The translations under genes and the position numbers were made by a program. A DNA stretch of 63,455 nt, the filler included, from Octopus bimaculoides (Eukaryota), in NCBI RefSeq assembly GCF_001194135.2. It is 4 parts of 4 records of this genome, joined end to end, with 100 filler letters (N's around TTAATTAATTAA, not from the genome) between each part and the next. Parts side by side here need not be neighbours in the genome. Positions count along the whole stretch, not along the records: positions 61,016 to 63,455 come from NW_026358230.1; 3 more parts are not named here. One strand, 5' to 3'. Below the pieces are notes generated by a model. That model was not told the DNA's origin. It searched no databases and saw nothing but the letters and a program-made list of their open reading frames with translations. Position 1 is the stretch's first letter. Each line of letters opens with the position of its first letter. Positions 63,015 to 63,455 of this stretch are shown here, in pieces.

Positions 63015-63455
63015 AGTGTACGCATAATGGAAGCAAACAAAAATGTGAGAAGGGAAAACAAAAATTTTCAAGAAAGACTCATAGCAGCAGTAGTCCGGGG
63101 GGGTGTGGTTGTGTCGGGTTGGAAATGTCTGTTTAACAAGTGTGGCTTTAATAAATGGAACACTATTACCAATTTCCCTTAAGACTAGAGCAGAGTGCTA
63201 AAACAGCCATTGTAGTTTCCTGCTTTGCACGCTACCAAAGATTGCCGCCGCCTCAGTCTGGTTGCACTCTTAAGTTCTTTTACCTTGCAACAGCCAACCA
63301 CCTACTTCATCTATCCTTATATTTATATATACATGTGTGTGTGTGTGTACACACACACACAAACACACATATATGTGTAGATATAAATATGTGTATACTG
63401 TGTGAGTGTGTATGTATGTGTACATATATGTACAGATATACAAGTGCGTGTGCAT

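Overview
Eukaryotic, AT-rich, repeat-dense genomic DNA. The SINE families and microsatellite load point to an octopod cephalopod; this is an inference. The window has four sequence blocks joined by artificial 100-bp spacers (44N-TTAATTAATTAA-44N) at 21615, 48901 and 60916, plus many ordinary N gaps. The one clear protein-coding gene is a minus-strand pyruvate kinase (PKM-like). Nine exons from 39325 down to 24559 splice with canonical GT-AG sites into a continuous frame. A 17-nt micro-exon (39394-39410) and a candidate ATG exon (49718-49751) complete the N-terminus in the correct phase. The last two expected exons are not visible in the window. The rest is transposon-derived or simple repeat: tRNA-derived SINEs of three families, RTE and REL-type LINE fragments, two LTR-retroelement relics, a Chapaev3-like element with TTA target duplication and a SINE nested in its left TIR, hAT and Tigger-like MITEs, a Tc1 relic, a CCHC zinc-knuckle ORF, and a dispersed repeat of about 150 bp that also forms tandem arrays. 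I found no convincing new biological system. The best leads are the PK 5' splicing architecture and several repeat structures.
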